A DNA stretch of 64,000 nt from Marsupella aquatica (taxonomy: Eukaryota > Plantae > Marchantiophyta): positions 6,637,241 to 6,701,240 of the forward strand of contig OZ316899.1 of NCBI GenBank assembly GCA_973895155.1. Direction: 5' to 3'. How positions within the stretch are numbered: position 1 is the stretch's first letter; each line of letters opens with the position of its first letter. This document shows, in pieces, positions 23,171-37,537 of this stretch. Under the pieces are notes generated by a model, which was not told where the DNA came from, searched no databases, and saw only the letters and a list, made by a program, of their open reading frames with translations. The position numbers and the translations under genes are program-made.

Positions 23171-25843
23171 CACTAGTACATATTGGGGCCTGGTCCGATT
23201 CTCATTTTCCGACAATGCCAAACTTTCCGATGTTGTTGTAATTGTATTGGCTTATTAAATGTCCAATCCTACGCGAATCGGACATTGCCATTTCACCATC
23301 GGAAACATTAGGTTCTAACACCAAAACAATTGGAAACATTGTGTGATTCATATACAATCGAACGTTTGTTGCGTGTTGAGTACAAACGGATTGATCAGTG
23401 CAATTGTTATGTCATTCAAAATGCATCGGAGACGCTTTAACAAAGAAAAATGTATGTTGTACATTCCGATCAATTTACAATTGCAAGTTCCGATGTGGTA
23501 CGAATTGCACATTGCGATTCAACCTAAATTGGATTTTACCTCTTATCGATTCAATGTCAAACGGAAAGACGTTCTCGTGGAAAACGTAATTGGTAGCATG
23601 TTCCAATTTTGGAGGAATCAAACATTGGAATCCGATCGGTTTAAGCTAGGATGTAAATGTGTGATCTAAGTACAATGGGATGTTTGTCCAATTGGTTTTG
23701 AATTGGACTATAGTTTCCCGTTGGACTGGAATTGGAATCGGTGTTCCTATTAAAGGAGAATGGGATAGTTTTCCGATTGTGTTCTAAACGGAAAGCAAAT
23801 TGTGTTGGTTTTTGGATTGGAAACTTATTTGTAATGTCATCGCAATGGGATGGGTATCCGATTGAGATTAAAATGGACAAGATTGTCCAAGCGAGTTGAA
23901 ATTGGAAGCCTTTTTGCATTTGATTTAGAATTGGAAAGTCTTTGAATGCTTTATGGAATGAATTTCAAGGTCCATTTGATGTCTAATTGGATAAAAGGAT
24001 CTAATATATTAATTTCTCATGGAAGTTGTAAAATCTGGATTTAATTTGCTGGAAATATCTTTGTTAATTATTTCTTGTTTTGGAAGGAATTAATGATAAT
24101 GATGTGAGACTTGATGTGAGGTTGAACAAACACATGCAAGGCAAGGTGTTATGGGTTTTCTTACAAATTAAATGGGCATGCATTTTGCTAGGAAGAGAAA
24201 AATTTATGAGGACGCAAACTAGGAGATTTACTCTTATGTTTTTAGCTACGGCTAAAGCATGCTTCCCTACTTAAGGGCTTCTCAAACTTGGGTACAATGG
24301 GGGTGAAGAGGAGGATTATATACATTAGGTCACAATGAAAGATTTTCACAAAATGGTACATACCTTGTTGTGGGTGATGTCTGGGTTTTAACTATATTGC
24401 AACCTGGCTTGGTTGAAGTAATTTATCAAAGAAATGGATAAGGAATACATTTAATTTTTGTACCCTTACATAAAATCACAATCATAATGCTTCATTATAA
24501 TTGACAGAAAATGTTGCAAACTTCTCAAACATCATGAAAAAACACATTTGGGGTGTGCAATACTAACTATAATTTAGTCTCTCCATATTTAATAACTACA
24601 CATCATTCCTCGTCAAGGTTCTGAACTAAACAATCTCAGGGGCCTCCTGGACAACTGATCGAGTACGAGGTGTGTAAGGGATGACAACTGACCATTCCTC
24701 AGGGTCGGGGGGGGTATGCTAGGTAGAAACACTGTTCAACCTGGTGACGAAAGGCAAATGGGTCAAAAGTTGACCAATCTTGCCTGATGGTGCTAGATGC
24801 AGCGGTCTTCAACCTAGTGAAACCACACTCATCCTCAACCATTGTAGCATTGGCCCCTACTAGATTACTCTTAAACCACCTACACTTGAAGAGAACTTCC
24901 TCCATCTCCGTATGTGAAGCATAGGTCACAGTCATGATCTCCTCAATTTTCCCATAATATGAGACCAAAGCTATCACCACATTGCGGTCATGTCGACTAC
25001 TTCGAAAGTCCTGTGTGAACTGAGATGTAACACCACAATCAAATGTCACAACCTTGGTGTCATCAATTCTAGCAATCCGGAAGTGTCTGCCCTTTGACCA
25101 CATGGCAGTTCTAGTAGACACCATCAATAAGGGGCCATGAAGCAAAGTCTGAAGATGTGGAGACACCTCAGGGTAGTGTGAAACTGATTCCCCCCTTTGT
25201 GCCATGAGTTCCAATTCCTCAACCTTTCTCCTCATGTATTCCACAAATGTAGGGAATATCCTTTGCCTCCGTGCTTGGCTCTTTTCAGACTCGTACACAT
25301 CTCTCCATTTTTCTGCATGCTCACTATTACATAACATCATGGTGGTGATTTGTGATACCTCAGTAGGAGTCAACTATCGCTTCTTATGGGAACCGGTCAA
25401 TCTATCATCATCTGGATCAATGACCTCCTCCCAAGCTCGAGGAGCTTTTGGGTCAATAGTAGAGATGATGTTTGTCATGTAAAACATGGATTCTGTTGCA
25501 AGATGTCCCTCAGCTATGCTGCCTTCAACCCTAGCCCGGTTCCTCACATGCCGTTTAAGCACTCCCATATAACGCTCCACCCAATACATCCACCGACAAT
25601 GCACCGGACCTGCCAACGCAACCTCAGGAACTAGGTGCACTAGCAAGTGAATCTGATAGTCAAAGAAAGAAGGGGGTAATGCCCTTTCCAAGTGAACCTC
25701 AGCACCAAAGGTCTCCATGTGTGAGATCTCTTCCTCCTTCACAGTCTTACCACATATCCATCTCAACAATTTGCCCAATGACCAGATTGCATGTTGAAGC
25801 TCTGGGGTACCCAATCCAATAATAGCTACTGGAATTATGTGTT
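23171..25843 (-). mobile_element. CACTA (En/Spm) transposon fragment: CACTA terminus, subterminal repeats and C-terminal transposase (DUF4218/DUF4216-like)
   Basis: Begins CACTAGTAC exactly where the Copia RT breaks; ORFs LPPSFFDYQIHLLVHL..GPVHCRWMYWVERYMGVLK and YYGKIEEI..LFKCRWF..DPFAFRHQVEQCFY; truncated by an LTR at 25844. Confidence 0.88.
24087..24320 (+). pseudogene. RPL31: Decayed fragment of 60S ribosomal protein L31 captured inside the CACTA
   Basis: DVRLDVRLNKH, then after a frameshift HFARKRKIYEDAN*EIYSYV and terminal EEED; matches the plant eL31 C-terminal half (DVRVDVKLNK...ARKRNDDEDAKEELYSLV...EED). Confidence 0.7.
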
Positions 25844-28800
25844 TGTCATGTCGTCGGCTGCGGCCTTAACTCAGACTTCAGCTTAGATGGGCACATCCCT
25901 CGTAAATCTGAGGGTTCGGGCAGGAAGGGAAGCACGTAATGCACCTTATTCTCGTAAACTAGCGCTAAGTGCGCATACTGCTAAATACAAACATCTCCTA
26001 GGTATGGTTTGTGTTCCGCCGCCGGAACGTACCTTAGTCGATAGCAGGATCAACCCCGGCTTAAGGGCTTCTAAGCCTTTGTGCTGTCCGCCTTCGATCC
26101 GGATTCGATGATACAGGTCCTCAACCCGTGCTCGCAACCACTTACCCGCAGGCTGCACCCTGTGCACGTCTCGGGTAGTGCGTTCGGGCTGGCGCTGCTA
26201 CCCATATACGAGAAACCCACACACATACACGCGCACATGCATACAATCTCGATTTACACGAAGGAAAATGATGGGAAAGGATTTTACTACAAAGGGAACA
26301 TATGCGTACACTTAGTTGACCTGACAGCCCCGGAATGAACAGGTTCAAGGCCGAGGGTGCACACTACAACGGAGCCCGGCTCCGCACTCGCCCGATGAGC
26401 TTAGTCCTACCCCCTCCCCTTGGTACTCTTTCATTCCCAGAAGTCGGGACTCCCCGCACATACCGCGGACGTCCAACTTTGCAACTAAAAACCCCCCCTT
26501 GCCTCTACCGAGGGGTGCACTAAATACTAAGGGCGAGGGACGGGGTGTCCTCTCGCCGAAGATTCGCTGACTAAGGTCCTAACTAAGCTGACAGTCAGGC
26601 CGAAAAATGGCTGTGTCTTATTAGAATATCCTAATCTACGCAGGCTGGACAGCATGGCAGCGCTGTTGTACCTAAGGCAGGTGCCTGTCCCAAGAGCCTG
26701 ACTAAGCCAGTCCTAATCCTAATCTATTCCTACTCCGCTGCTAATGCCTGGCACGCTTGCCAGAGCCGCCCGAATGGGAGCGGCCATCCCGCTGCCTTCG
26801 AAGCCTGTCATTGTCCGCCTTGAGGAGCTGGACCTGGTCCAGCAGAGATTCATTCTCTCGCCTCGCCGCGTCCATCTCCTCTGTTGCCTCCTGACATGCC
26901 TCCTCCAGCTGCTGGGCGTCGCTCGTCAGTTTACCCGCCAGCTCGTCCTGCTTCTCGGCCTCGGTTTGGAGCCACGCCACCTCGGCCTGCAGCGTGGCTA
27001 TCTCCGCCGTGTCCCGCTGGGCTCGTTCCTCGGCCTCCTCCAGGTCTTTCTGCCAGGTGACGGTTTGATTCTTCAAACTGTCAATCTGGTTCAGGAGTCG
27101 TGTAATCTCGGCCTCGTTCCCAGCTTTGGCCTGTTCGGCTAGGGCGGTAAGAGCGTGCGCCTTTGCTAACAACTCATCGGCGGCTGCAACTGTGCGCCCC
27201 CTTAAAGGTGTCACACAGGGTTGTTAGTTAATTTTTGAGCTTATTAAGACTTATAGTTACCTCTTTCTATGTAATTTCAGTGTAGTTGAAGGCTTTAGGC
27301 CTTGGTCAACTTTGAACCTAGAAGATTAAGTGAAAAGTTAATAGTGATAGTTTTAAGATAGAGTAGCATTTTATGATATTTTAATCAAATCTTTGTAGGT
27401 CATGAAAAACTCTCAAATTTTGATGAGTAGATAGATTTTAGATAGAGAAATCTACCCAAGAAAATATCAGACAAAACGGACATGTCGTTAGGAAGTTAGA
27501 GTCATTTTTTTTTGCATATTAACACTTTGGTTCTTTGACACTTAGAATAGTTTTCTGTTTTTACAACTTTATACTAAATTAACATCTTTGGGTATTTTAT
27601 TGGTAGACTTAGATTAGTCCGAAAAGTCTGAGTTTTTGTCAGGTAATAGATTATAGGTAGAGGAAACGCACTGGAAAAATTTCAGCACAAACGGAGTTCA
27701 GGTTAGATTTTTAAAAATCGCAAGAAATAGGTGTCTAGTAGTTTTGCCGCAAAATCATTAGGCCGCTAAGCCGTTTGGCCGTTTTGTTACGAGTTAACCA
27801 GGGGGGTACTCATGAGTGAAAAGAGGGGTACTCCTAAAGATGGTACTCTCATGTGGATGAGGGTAGTCAAAAGAAGAGGAAAGAAGAGGTAGATGAATCA
27901 AAGGAGTAAAGAAAGAAATAGAAAATTACTTAGTTGGTGATAAGATTGATTGAGATACGGAGTTAGGTAGGAGTGAAGACTCCATCAACAATTGATTGAT
28001 GAGATATGGTGGATTAGGTGATCATCAGTTGCAAGAAATGAAGTGAAGCAATCGTGGCCTGGAAAGACAAGTCGAATTGGAGAGATAATGTCGAATCACA
28101 AGTTGTCGAAGTCAAAATCGCGGAAAACTCGTGGTAAGAAAAATCACCAACACCAAATATTTTCTGGAGCCACATTCGCTCAACCAAATTGGCTGATATT
28201 TTTTTTGGAGGTAGAAGGGAAGTAGGCGCACCTTCTGGCAAATTATGAGCACCAACCAAGGTCTGGTTGGTGAGAGAAAAATCAGATGCCAGAGGGGGGT
28301 CTACAGCTTTCTAGCTTTTGGTACAAATCTGATTCCGCACCTTCAAGCAAACGAATGTTGTTGTAATCAATTGATTGGTGGGAAGATGGTGATGGTGATT
28401 AGTTGTGAGTGGGAAGCACATGAGAAAGAAGGTGGTAGGTTGGAAGGGAAGGTCGAAATGGAGTTAGAAGTTCCACTCGCAAGTCGCCGAAGTTGAAATT
28501 CCCGGAAACGAATGATAGGAAACATCAGCAACACCAAATATTTTCTGGAGCCACATTCGCTCGACCAAATTGGCTGATATTTTTTGTGGAGGTAGAAGGG
28601 AAGTAGGCGCACCTTCTGGAAAATTAGCTGGTTGGTGAGAGAAAAATCAGATGCCGGAGGGGGGTCTGCAGCTTCCAACTTTTCTGCGCGAAATTCGATT
28701 CTATGATTTGAAGCACATGGACGAGGATTGAATGGAAGTAGGAGCTTGATTAGGAGCTAGTAAGAAAGGGGAACACTCAGCCCATGGTGAGGATTGGATT

Positions 28801-30187
28801 GGAGTGGATTGGAGTGGCTGAAAAGTATTTAAGGATTGTAGTTTCTTGTGTGGAGGGACAAATGCCTGGTTGCTTAGTGAAAACTTCATCCACATGGAGT
28901 GGAAACTAAGATCCACAAGCATTTGATCCCATAGTTGGATAATTGTAGAGAAGTGAGGAGAAGGACCCTGGATAGAGGTTCCATTTTTACCAGGAAAATT
29001 TATGATGTTACATAAAGTCTCTTTTTCTTGCATCATTCTTTGCTATGACTCCAATTTTGTAGTTGGCATGAGAACTAAGCTTTAGAAGGATTGAGTACCT
29101 GGATGTTACCTTGTACCCAATCTGATTGATTTTCTGGAGGTTCAGTGAGGAGAGAATATTGTGTTGTGATTTCAGGTTTTCCCTGGTTCGGGCAGTATAC
29201 CTTGGCAGCGTATTGGCGATTCCTTATGATGCTTTGGTGTCTCTAGCTGTGGACTTTTGGCAAAACGATTATAGGTTTTCCCTGGTCGTTGTGTTTGGAA
29301 CACTTTAGTAAATCTGAAAGTGCAACCTTCTCACCATGTGTGGTTTGTTGTCCTGATTTGGCTGTTTTGTTGGCCGGAGTTAGTAGACACCCCCAGGAGT
29401 GACAATCTGAATCTTCAGAGCTGGGAAGTGACAAGAAGTACTGATCTGGTCAAGGGCTATTGAAACTTGGGTGCTTGAGATTGGGTTGCAATCAGGTACA
29501 ATGGGCTCAGCCCCTAGTTTTGTTTCGCAAACCAATTGATGGTAGGAGGAACTGATGTGACCCCAACAACATGGTTTGTTCCAGTGAGCTTTTAGCAGGG
29601 TGATTTCTTACAGGTTTTCCCTGGTCACCTTGTGTAAAGAACTTTAGTAAATTTGGCACTCTCATGAGGAGGGGTCCTTGTGGAGAGTTAGGTCTTGTTG
29701 TTTTGTCGTTGTAGTCTATTGTTTTGAAGTGGAGAAAACTCTCCAGCCTCTTGGAAGATAGAGGTGGGGTTTTGTTTGGTTTCTAAAAGGTTCGTTCATC
29801 CGTCTTCCGCTTGCGGTCCCACCCTAAGCTCTTCCATGGGAACAAACTGGTAGAGATATCAATATCTTTGCTTGGGTTGTGTGCTACCCGTGAGTTACCC
29901 TCCACGACAGCAACCTTGGGTCGTAGTTGCAGAAGCTCAGCCTCTTGAGCCGCAACTTCGTTCTTTAGGTACACGGACTCCACCCGGTACCGCTCTATCC
30001 TCTGAAGGGCCTCTGACTGGGCCCGACCTGCCTTTACTGCGGCAACCAACTCCTGATTGAAGAAACAGGCTACCTTCCGGGCCATGAACTCCCCGATATC
30101 CCGGGCAATTTGATGAGAGAAATCTCCCAGAAGCCCGTTCAGAAATGTACCCGGTACGAAGAGTTCCGGGTTAACCATGTTATCACA
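25844..30187 (-). mobile_element. 3' LTR of Gypsy element 3 (~1.6 kb after removing a nested solo LTR), containing a ~237-codon coiled-coil ORF
   Basis: PPT GAGGAGGGGGTTA|TGTGATA right after integrase; ends ...CATGACA; ORF MVNPELF...LRPKVA|AADELLAK...KRARH is in frame once 27191-29909 is removed. Confidence 0.75.
27191..29909. mobile_element. Solo LTR (2719 bp)
   Basis: TGTGCG...ACGACA with 5-bp TSD GCAAC (27186-27190 and 29910-29914); contains an internal direct repeat (~28140-28310 vs ~28520-28680). Confidence 0.85.
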
Positions 30188-30198
30188 TAACCCCCTCC

Positions 30199-33100
30199 TC
30201 AAACGGTGTCGCGCCCTCGCAAACCGGCTGAATAAGGAAGATGATATTTCTTGACTTGAGACCCATTGACTCGGGTAGGTAATTCCTCACCTTGTAAATC
30301 TTCCAAGATTAAAGATCCATTAGGAAAAATTTGTCGCACCTTATAAGGTCCAAGCCACCTTGTGTGTAATTTCCCAAGAAATATCATGTATTGGTTATCA
30401 TATAGTAACACATAATCTTGTGCTTGTATTTCCACCTTCTTCAGCTTTTCATCAAATCTTTGGCTCCTGATTCTCTGTTGCTTCTCCGTTTCAATCAAGG
30501 AGAAGTGTCGATCTTCCTCGAGTTTGTCCAAACTTTCCAATCTTAATATTTGACTTTGTTCAACATTGAGTCGTTGAGGATTGGCCACTCGGTTAGTGGG
30601 TACATCAAATTCAATGGGTACTATACTGTCTAAGCCATAGACTAAATAAAATGAAGTTCAATGCATTGTAATCTTTTCTGCGGTGCGGTAGGCCCATAGA
30701 GCAGAATGTAATTTCTGATCCCAATCCAACTTATGTGTAGAAACTACCTTAATTAAAATTCTCTCCATTAATCCATTAGCCTTCTCAGTTAAGCCATTTG
30801 CTTTGGGGTTATAGGGGTGGTATTTCTATGCTTAATTAGATACTTGTCAGTGATATGCGCGATCGTATTATTTAGAAAATGTAAGCCTCTATCACTGACT
30901 AGTTCTAATGGGCACCCAAACCGTGTAATGATGTCTTCAAATAGGAATTTAGCAGCAGTGGCAGCATCATTTTGCTTGGTGGCTCGTGCTTCTACCCATT
31001 TAATAGTGTAATCCGTAGCTAGGATTGTATATCAATTACGAGTGTGAGCAGCTGCGGGTTGAATAGGCCCTATAAAATCAATTCCCCATTTTTCATAAGG
31101 AGCTAAAGGTAAGATGGGAGTTAAAGGCCAATGAGAAGTAGAGGTGGGTTTACCCATGCGTTGGGACGGATCACATGACTTTATAAATTGATGTGTATCT
31201 TGATGCATGGTGGGCCACCAATATCCGGCATCCCAAAATTTCTTTACTGTAACATTGACTGCATAATGGCCTCTAGCTTCTTCCGTGTGCATGGCAGCAA
31301 TAACCTTCCTGACTTCTCGTTCTTCCAAGCATCGCTTAAGTTTCCGATCCGGGGAAAGTTTATAGAGGATTCCTTGCTTTAAGGTGTAAGGTCCGACCTT
31401 ATGCAAGAAAACAGCACGTTGCTTGGAGTTGAGGTTAGGGGGAAACATTCTTTGAGTTAGCATTTGAACAATGTCTACATACCATGAGTCTTCACCCTCG
31501 ATGTGCCATAATGTCTCATCTGGAAAATCATCATTCAATGGCTCTCTAGATTCATTGCCTTCCAATTGTGACAGGAAATCAGCGTTCTCATGATGCTTTC
31601 CGGGTCTAACTCGTACTTCAAAATCATATTCTTGTAGAAGCAAAACCCAACGTGCAATCCTTCCTGAAAGGTCTACTTGGTTAACAAGGTACTTAAGTGA
31701 AGAGTGGTCAGTATGGAAAATGGTTTCCTACCCCAACAAGTAGTGGCAAAATTTCTTGCATGAGAAGATTATCGACAAAGCTTCCCTCTCAGTGACCATG
31801 TAATTCTTTTCTGCTGCATTCATTTGTCGGCTTGCAAAATAAATGGGGTGATCCTTTTGATCATCATCTTGCTGGCTTAGGACAACTCCAATACAGAAGG
31901 CCGAAGCATCAATGTAAACATGAAATTCCTTTTCCCAATTTGGTGGAACTAAAATAGGAGCTTGGGTTATCTGCCTTTGAGTTCTTCAAAGGCCTTATGT
32001 CTCAAAGCTGTCCACTCATAATCAACATCTTTTTTCAATAGTTGGGTAAGTGGCATAGCAAGGTTAGCGTAATGTCGAATAAATCGACGGTAGTATCCTA
32101 CATAACCTAGAAATCCCCTCAACTCTCTTAGATTAGAAGGAGGTTGTAGTTTTAGGATAACTTTGACCTTCTCAGCATCAACCTCGATTCCTCGGCTAGA
32201 TATGACATGCCCTAGCAAGATACCCTCTCTCATGCCGAAAAAACATTTCTCAGGGTGTAGAGAGAGTTGTGATTCTCTACACTTTTGGAAAGTCAATCCG
32301 AGCTTTTCTAAATGGATTTCATTTGAACTATATACACAGAAATCATCAATAAAAATTTCTATAAATCTATGAAGGTACTCTTGAAATATGATCATCATTA
32401 TTTGTTGAACTGTTCCAGGCGCATTGCATAACCCAAAAGGCATCACATTAAATGCATAAGTTCCCCAATCCATCGTGAACGTTGTTTTATCCCAATCCTC
32501 CTCTTGTACTGAAACTTGGTTATACCCTGAGTATCCATCAAGGAAACTGTAAAGAGAATGAGCAGCTACTGCATCAAGAACATTGTCAATGAATGGTAAA
32601 GGGATAATGATCTTTTCTTGTCATATAATTCAATTTCCGATAATCTTGACACACACGAATCTTCACTTTGCCATCTGATCCAGACTTCTTGGGCACAATA
32701 ACAATGGGTGATACCCATTTGCTGCTAAGGACTGGAAAAATGAATCCGGCCTCCGTTAACTTGTCAATTTCCTCTTTTACCATCATGGAATACTTAGGGT
32801 TGAGCCGATATTGTCTTTGCCAAATCGGAAGTGATCCTTCAATGAGGTCAATTCGATGTTGCCCAAGGTAAGGGGGAATTCCTTTGATGTCCTTGTGACT
32901 CCATGCAAATATATCTCGGTATTGCTTAAGCAAATCTATATATTTTTCCCTCAATTCTCCTTGAATATGTTTACTGATATTGAGGAATTTCCCTGGCTCA
33001 ATCTCAATCTTCTGGGAGGATTTGGGATCAACTATCCCTTCAGTCATTCCCAAAGACTCCTTTTCCCAAGTGTTTAGGTTTGATGGGTCTTTTATTGTTC

Positions 33101-36100
33101 CAAATTTACTACTAGGATCTCCTCTAGAATTCTCACTTTTTGGAAAAGTTTTGGTCAATTTTGAAGTCGGGAAGGTAGTTTTTTGGGTAGGTTTTGGTAA
33201 GGACGGATGGGGAACCGGGAGTCATTCCGGCTCAGGACCCGGCTCAAAAACAGGTTCAGGTACCGGTTCAGGAGCCGGTTTGGGAACCGGATCACCCGTG
33301 TTTTTTGGATGGTCCTGATTAACTGGCTGATTTAAACCTGGCAACTGTATGGAAGAGTTAGGAGTAGCATACCTCTCTAAATCTGAACCACCAGCTTCAC
33401 TTGGTTCGTCGCATTCAAAGATGTCAAGAAATCTGACATGTGCATCAGTATCTCTCGATAGTTTTGAGGATTTGGATTGGTTCACTTCTTCATCATCTGA
33501 TGATGAACTTGAAGAATTAGAGGTGTAACCATCATCTTCTTCTGTTTCACCAAAGTGCCGCTCATCTTCCCAACTCAAAGTTACTTTTGGAGACCCAAAA
33601 CTGAATTGTTTTGCATGCCAATTAACTCTGACACGTGCTAAGTACAGCCAAGGTCGTCCCAACAAAACAGGAAATGTGGATGGTGTTGATGGTCGAATTA
33701 TGATGTAATCTAACGGAAATATTCTTCCTCCAATTAGGGTATCAATTTTCAGTAAGGACCCTACACGAATCACCCTGGATTGGTCTGCCATTCGTAGAAT
33801 CCTAGATGTGGGCTGAAATTTGAAAAATCCCAGATCAGCAGCGGTCTGTTCTGTCATAATATTGACACTTGATCCTCCATCCACGGGGACTTTAGGGATC
33901 ACACATCCTGAAATTTCTATTTCTATTTCAGGTGGGCCATGGTCAGTAGATTCCACCTTCCAACATCCATTAACTTCCACGTCTAGTAACTTAAGTTGCG
34001 ATGCGAAAAAGAAAAAAAATGAAGAAAAAAAATCTTGATTTTTTCTTCAAAATTTGAAGGAAAACTTTTTTTTTTCAAATTTTTTTTCGCCATGAGGCGT
34101 CCGTACTGTACGGACACATATCTCAGCGAGCCCAGCCAAGATGGGAAAAAAATTTCCGAATGTTTTTTAATTTTTTAATTTTTTTTTAAAAAAAATTGGT
34201 TTTTTTTTTTCCACATTTTTTTTCGGTCCGTATGCCCCATCTCGGCGAGGCCAGCTGAGATGGGGAAAACATTTCTCTTTTTTTTTTCAAAAAAAATTTT
34301 CCGGGAAATTTTTTGGTGTTTTTTTTTGGGGGGATTTTTTCCCGGTCCATACGCCCATCTCGGCGAGGTCAGGCGAGATTGAATCAACCTCAGCTGCCCA
34401 GCTGAGATGAGCTAAAGTTTGATGGCCCCATCTCAACTCCTCATTTGAGATTCTAAAATTTTTGAGATAATTGATATCAGTTATCAGCCACTGATATCTG
34501 ATGATGTTGTGTACCCCATTGACTTTGAAACTTACCTTTTTCCCTGGTTCCAAGGGAGTATCAATTTTTCCCTTACCCATTTCCTTCACCAAGATTTCCT
34601 TAACTTTGTCAGAGATGTTGGGGAGGAAATACTTAGGATCGTGTCGATCATACACATTTTCCTCTTCAATCAATTCCTTCCCTCCTTTTGGATTTGACTT
34701 TTCCGCTGATTTGGATGTTGATTTTGGTTTGACAATTGAATCTGCCTCTTTCGCCTTCTGCTTGGAACGAGTCGTAGCAAAGACATTTAGTATCCAATCT
34801 CTCTCTCTGATCTTCAAATTAGGTTGGCCTAGCTCTCCTTCTTTTAATAAGTGTTGATGGTCCTTATCATATGTAATCCCAGCAGGTCCTCCTTTCGACA
34901 ATATTGGGTTATGGATGTCACTTACACACCCTACAATATTTTCTTCATAGCTGTCCACTAGGCCGCAAGGTGAATCATCCTCTTCTTCATAATAGACCAG
35001 GCGAACAATTCCACAATTCCAACATTCTCCTCTGACCAATTGGGACCTGGGTGGGTAACCACCAGGCGGTGCCATTGGTGGTTTATACACTAGCTTATTA
35101 AAATTAGAAACTGGTCTCGGAGGAGGGTTAGGAAAGTACTGTATAGGGGCTGGTCCTGCAATTGCTGGAGGTCCCATTTGGACTTGGTAAATAGCCTCAG
35201 GGTAATATGGGTGCAATAATGGGTCTTCTCCCTCTTCATAATTAGGGTACTCCCCATTGGTCAGATAATTTACGGATTTGGGACACTCTTGTGGGTAGTG
35301 TCCTGGCTTTCGGTATACTGTACACCATACATTTGCCCTCTGAGGTGTCAATTGTTTCCTTGGGGGTCGTGTTGCAGCTGCATTAACATTTAGGTGTTTC
35401 ATTTCTTCAAGGAGACTAGCCATTTGTCCTGACATTTTATTCAATTCCACACTGACTCTTTGGTTCCAAAACCTTTTTACTCTTCCTTGTAATTTTTGGG
35501 GAAGATTCCTCATCTGATGAGCTGTCGGTCTCACTACTAGATTGGGATGTGGAACTGTCTTGTTTTGAACTGGAAGTGTCACTTGTTGAGGTAGAGGATT
35601 CAGCCTTTTTCTTCTTCGATTTCTTCTTGCTCTAACTTTTTCTTTTTGACTTACTGTCCTTCCGTAACTCTTTCAACAAGTGTTTCCTTTGTGACATCTC
35701 AGAGTCAATATAAGACTGAGCTAAGTCGTATGCTCTCTCTAGGGTTGCGGGAGCCCCTTGTCTTACAAAAGTGTTTAATTTTGTATACAAGCCTTGCATG
35801 AACCACTCCTTAATTAAGTTTGCAGGAGGAGGTGGTGTCACTTTATTTGCCAGCTTAGTAACTTTTTGTAAGTAGGTTCTTAAGGAATCGCCTTTCTTCA
35901 TATTTACAAAACTTAATCTTGTAAAAGCTCTAGAAGTAGCTGCCTCTTCCTTGAAAGTTTTGAGGAACTCTGCTCGAACAATTGGCCAATTTGTCTTATC
36001 GGGCAAACTTGAGTACCAAGTTTGGGCTTCTCCCTTCATTAAGCCTCCAAATACTTTTGCCTTTAGATCAGGGGTATCATCCCCATTGGATGTTGCCACG

Positions 36101-36648
36101 GCTTCAAAATCATCCATCCATGCTTCAGCATCTGCTTTCTTGCCACGGAAATTTTCATAACGAACTCGTGAACGACTCGCCATTGTGGTTTGGTTTAGGA
36201 CAGTAGATACACTAGATACAACCGCAGGAGTACTACCAACAGAGGTAGGAGTTATTGCAGAGTGAGTCACAACAACGGATGATGATGGAAAGAGTGGCGG
36301 CGATACAGCAAAGGGATTTAAACTCCCTTCTGTACTTACCACACTCGAACCACTTGAACTCTCAAAACTGGATTCTGAACCAATGTGATTAATCTCTACA
36401 ATGTGTCCAACCTCTTCCAATTGTATAAGTACTGTATTTCCGATTAGCACGGATTCAGGGGTATCAACGTATTCATCTGGCGTAGGTATTATGGGTGAGA
36501 TGGTAGGTGATGCTGACCGCGGTGTAGTGCTCGGTGTAACAGTTAATTCCAAAGCATCACCACTTAATCCACCAAATTTGGCCTGTTCTGAATCACCCAC
36601 AACTTTTGCCTCTTCAACTTCACCACTGCTGGTATGAGAGACACTCAC
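30199..36648 (-). pseudogene. Ty3/Gypsy element 3 (non-chromovirus, Athila-like): gag, protease, RT, RNase H, integrase
   Basis: Gag (AEAWMDDFEAV..GEAQTWY), zinc knuckles, protease VPVDGGSSVNIM, RT MPFGLCNAP..IFIDDF, integrase WGIDFIGP and GPY motif, in Gypsy order; multiple stops and frameshifts. Confidence 0.92.
33977..34517. mobile_element. MITE family 2, copy A (541 bp), inserted between gag and protease of Gypsy 3
   Basis: 8-bp TSD ATTAACTT/ATTGACTT (33969-33976 and 34518-34525); ends ...GTACCCC; removal restores VSFKVNGCWKVES. Confidence 0.85.
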
Positions 36649-37537
36649 AACTTGGAACCCGGGCGTGCCCTAATTCTCATTTACGCTTATAGATCTTGGA
36701 AATGTCAACCCTCGTCTCTTCCTTGGTTTAGGTTCTGGTATTGCCTTTGGTCCTGATCTTAAATTAACAAACAAGGGTCGGCTGGTTGAAGGATTTTCTA
36801 ACGTTCCGCTTGATGCTAGAGACTCGTGCACTCACATTCCCTGATGGTGGAAATTCCGGTGATTGGAATTCCTTCAACAAGTCTTGTGGTTGACTATTTT
36901 TCTCTAATAATTCAGGTGGTCCGTCTTTCTTCTTCCGTACTTGTTTATCCTTCTCCGTCATTACTCATCATGTCAAATGCTTACTCCATTTGGGGTTTTG
37001 TTTTCCAATGTAACCCCTAGTATGAGGCTTTGGTCAACCTCCTCTTCCTAGGTGAACAGTCATGACCCCTCCTGTCTATGGTCACGTTGGTTGACTCAAG
37101 AGTCATGTGGATGAAGAGTCATAGTGGTCAGGTGGGGGTGTCAAAAACCTGTACAGACTCCGGTTTCTGAGCCAGTTCTTGAGCCGGTGCCTGATCCGGT
37201 TCCTGAGCCGGTTTTCTTCCGTCACCTTCTCCTTTGCCTGGTTATTACCCTAGCTAATTCAGGAATGGAAATAATCACATAATGTTCCCCTGTAATCTGT
37301 CCATTTATTGTTAAAACTACTAAATGTAACTCTGCTGCTTCCCACCAGGTAATAGATAGCGTGTGTACTCCTCGTCTACCTCATCGGATTAGTGTCCTAA
37401 TGCGATTTGAAGCATTCCTTAAATTTTGCACTCTAAAGGAACCCAAACTCCTTCGTGATGGCATGTTTTAATAAGCTTCTGCAGGACGTGGTCAGAATTG
37501 AGTTGCTTGGTGAATTTGATCAGATTCCCTTCTTATT

